Below are positions 61,902 to 64,000 of a stretch of DNA of 64,000 nucleotides, in pieces. The notes below the pieces were generated by a model. The model saw only the letters and a list, made by a program, of their open reading frames with translations. It did no database searches and was not told the origin of the DNA. Made by a program: the position numbers and the translations under genes. This stretch comes from a virus. Taxonomy: Duplodnaviria > Caudoviricetes. The first letter of the stretch is position 1. Every line of letters begins with the position of its first letter. The stretch spans positions 1 through 64,000 of IMG/VR virus record IMGVR_UViG_3300023283_000263. The stretch is one strand, 5' to 3'.

Positions 61902-64000
61902 GTGAACCGCCGAGACCTGACGTTCTTCCTCAGATTCCGCAGCGACGCGCAGCGGGCGCTTCGCGGCGTCCAGCAGGGTCTGCGCGGCGTCGGGAGAGCG
62001 GCTAGTCGCGGCGGTCGGTCTCTTCAGGGGTTCGCGCGCAGGCTCCAAGCAGCCGGCGCGTCGGCTGCCCGGCTCGGGGCCCGCCTCCGCACCGTCGGGA
62101 CGTCGATCCAGGAAGCGGGGCGGACGCTGGCGGTCTTCAGCGCCGCGGCGGTCGCGGCCTTCGGGGCCGCGGCCAGAGAGTCGATCCGCTTCGAGCAAGC
62201 GTTCGTCGGCGTCCAGAAGACCACGAATCTAACCGACAAAGAAATCCGGGCTTTTTCGGAGCGGATTTCAGAACTGTCGGACACGCTTCCCGTGTCGGCG
62301 GACGAGTTGCTGAGACTGGCGCAGCTTGCCGGCCAGCTCGGAATTGAAGGCGGCGACAATCTGGCGCGGTTCGCTGTAACCGTTGCGAAGACCGCGGAGT
62401 CGACGGATCTTGCTTCGGAGGCGGCTACTTTTGCGTTGGCTCGTCTACTTGCTCTCACCGAGGAACCGACTAGCGAGGTCAAACGCCTAGCCTCGCAGTT
62501 CGTTGCTCTCGGTAACAACGTCAAGGCGACGGAATCGCAGATCGCATCCGTTGCGCGCGAGCTTGGGGTCGCCTTAGGTCCTATCGGCCGATCGTCGACG
62601 GAAATCACTGTGCTAGCGGCATCGCTTGCCGAGATCGGCTTGCCGCCTCGCCGGACACGAACCGCGCTGCGCCAGTTTTTCACGACGATCGAAGTTGGTG
62701 CTCAGCAAGGCGGCGCCGAGCTGCAGGTCCTTTCAAGATTGGCGGATCGTACTCCCGCCGCGTTCCAGGAACTGGTACGTTTGCGCGGTCCGTTCCAAGC
62801 GTCGATAGAGGTGTTGAGGGGGTTCCGTGATGAGCTTCAGCAGTCGACGTCGCGCGCCTCGAAAGCAGAGCAGATACTTGAAGCGCTGGGTCTTAGTTCA
62901 GAGGGTGTAGCGTCGGTTCTGCCTGCTCTGGCTGATCGAGTCGGTGATCTTGAGAAGAACCTCGCGCTGGCGAACGCTGAGCTTGAGAATGCAACGGCTC
63001 TAGACACGGAGTTTGGTCGATTCGCCTCCATTTTGCTCAGCAGACTCAAGACGGTCGGCGGTCAGTTCCAGAACACGCTGCGAATCATCGGCGACGCCTT
63101 CCGGCCCGAACTGGAGCGGCTGATCGGGCTGCTGCGCAACGCCTCCGGGGCGTTCCGGCGATTCGGTCGGGAACTCGAACGCAACGAGGGGCTCCGCGAG
63201 ACGGTCGTCCAGATCGGCTTCTTCGTCGGGGTCATCGGACCCGCGGTTCTGGCGCTCGGGTCATTCGTGCGCGTCCTCGGGTTTGCTCTGCAGCCTTTCG
63301 GCTTGCTCGTCGGGCTCGCGGCGCAAGCCGCTCTCGTCATCGGGGGCCCGCTCGTCAACGGCATTCTTCGCCTAACCGCGGCTATCCGCGCCGTCGGCAT
63401 CACCGCGCTGCTCACGAACCCGATCGGCTTGGCGCTGGCGGCCGTCGTCGGCTTGACGGCCGGCATCCTCGCCTTGTCGGGCGAGTCGGTGTCGCTCGGC
63501 AACGTCCTCCGCGAGACGGGGAACGGCGTCGTCCGCGTGTTCCAGTTCCTCGGGACGACGATCGGCTTCGTGTTTTCCGTGGCGTTCACGATCGTTCGAA
63601 ACTTCGCGGCGCGCGTCGTGGCGGAGTTCTCTCGGGTCGGGAGCTTCTTGGATCGGATCTTCGCGCGCGACGTGCGCGGAGCGTTCGCGGCGCTGACAGA
63701 GCCCGTCGAGGCGCCCGGGATCTTCGACGGCGTGCTGGCGCAGGCGGAGGGGTTCGGGCGCGACCTGTCTCGGATCTTCGGGGCGCAGAGCGATCCGCTC
63801 GGAGACGCGGCGACCGCCGTCGGGAACGCGGTCGGGGTCGACCTCGGCGACGGCGTTCTCGGCGGCCTCCAGGAGAAGATCGCCGCGATCAAGGCCGCGC
63901 TCCGCCCGCTGGAGACGGAGATTCCGGAGGCGTCGTCGCCCGACGAAGCGGCCGTCGAGGAGTTCGTCGTCAAGCCGTTCCAGCGCGCCGGCGGCGAGGC
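61902..64000 (+). CDS. Tape measure protein (TP901-like), truncated by window end
   Basis: FEQAFVGVQKTTNL...LAQLAGQLGI motif; long Ala/Gly-rich helical ORF from GTG 61902. Confidence 0.85.
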   Translation, partial: MNRRDLTFFLRFRSDAQRALRGVQQGLRGVGRAASRGGRSLQGFARRLQAAGASAARLGARLRTVGTSIQEAGRTLAVFSAAAVAAFGAAARESIRFEQAFVGVQKTTNLTDKEIRAFSERISELSDTLPVSADELLRLAQLAGQLGIEGGDNLARFAVTVAKTAESTDLASEAATFALARLLALTEEPTSEVKRLASQFVALGNNVKATESQIASVARELGVALGPIGRSSTEITVLAASLAEIGLPPRRTRTALRQFFTTIEVGAQQGGAELQVLSRLADRTPAAFQELVRLRGPFQASIEVLRGFRDELQQSTSRASKAEQILEALGLSSEGVASVLPALADRVGDLEKNLALANAELENATALDTEFGRFASILLSRLKTVGGQFQNTLRIIGDAFRPELERLIGLLRNASGAFRRFGRELERNEGLRETVVQIGFFVGVIGPAVLALGSFVRVLGFALQPFGLLVGLAAQAALVIGGPLVNGILRLTAAIRAVGITALLTNPIGLALAAVVGLTAGILALSGESVSLGNVLRETGNGVVRVFQFLGTTIGFVFSVAFTIVRNFAARVVAEFSRVGSFLDRIFARDVRGAFAALTEPVEAPGIFDGVLAQAEGFGRDLSRIFGAQSDPLGDAATAVGNAVGVDLGDGVLGGLQEKIAAIKAALRPLETEIPEASSPDEAAVEEFVVKPFQRAGGE

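Noticed and set aside
1-64000. tRNA genes, integrase/att site, tail sheath
   Set aside because: No T-loop/anticodon-arm pattern, recombinase motif or sheath gene recognised in this window

Overview
High-GC (~70%+) dsDNA tailed phage, probably siphovirus-like. Essentially every credible gene is on the + strand. Order: lysis and accessory virion genes (0.1-4.8 kb); replication/recombination/nucleotide module (AAA ATPase, initiator with iterons, DnaB, primase, SSB, SF2 helicase, RecA, ThyX, RuvC, PolA; 5-23 kb); displaced portal plus intein-containing gpF-like head protein (23-27 kb); a long small-ORF accessory region (27-44 kb); terminase (44.5-47 kb); more accessory genes; head-neck-tail genes ending in a tape measure gene that runs off the window. 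No integrase, tRNA or CRISPR array was seen. Highlights read directly from the sequence: (1) an intein whose HTH-NUMOD3-DUF559/Vsr-like endonuclease is encoded on the antisense strand; (2) a nuclease-less IS110/Nop-type (TasA-like) gene flanked by four ~71-nt stem-loop guide-like units (TIGR-like); (3) 21 exact copies of the palindrome GCGACCCCGGGGTCGC; (4) a complete type II hammerhead ribozyme plus a relic copy; (5) eight sigma-28-like promoters TCAAG-N15-GCCGA(T/A/C)AA-like. All family assignments are from motif recognition by eye, not from database searches.
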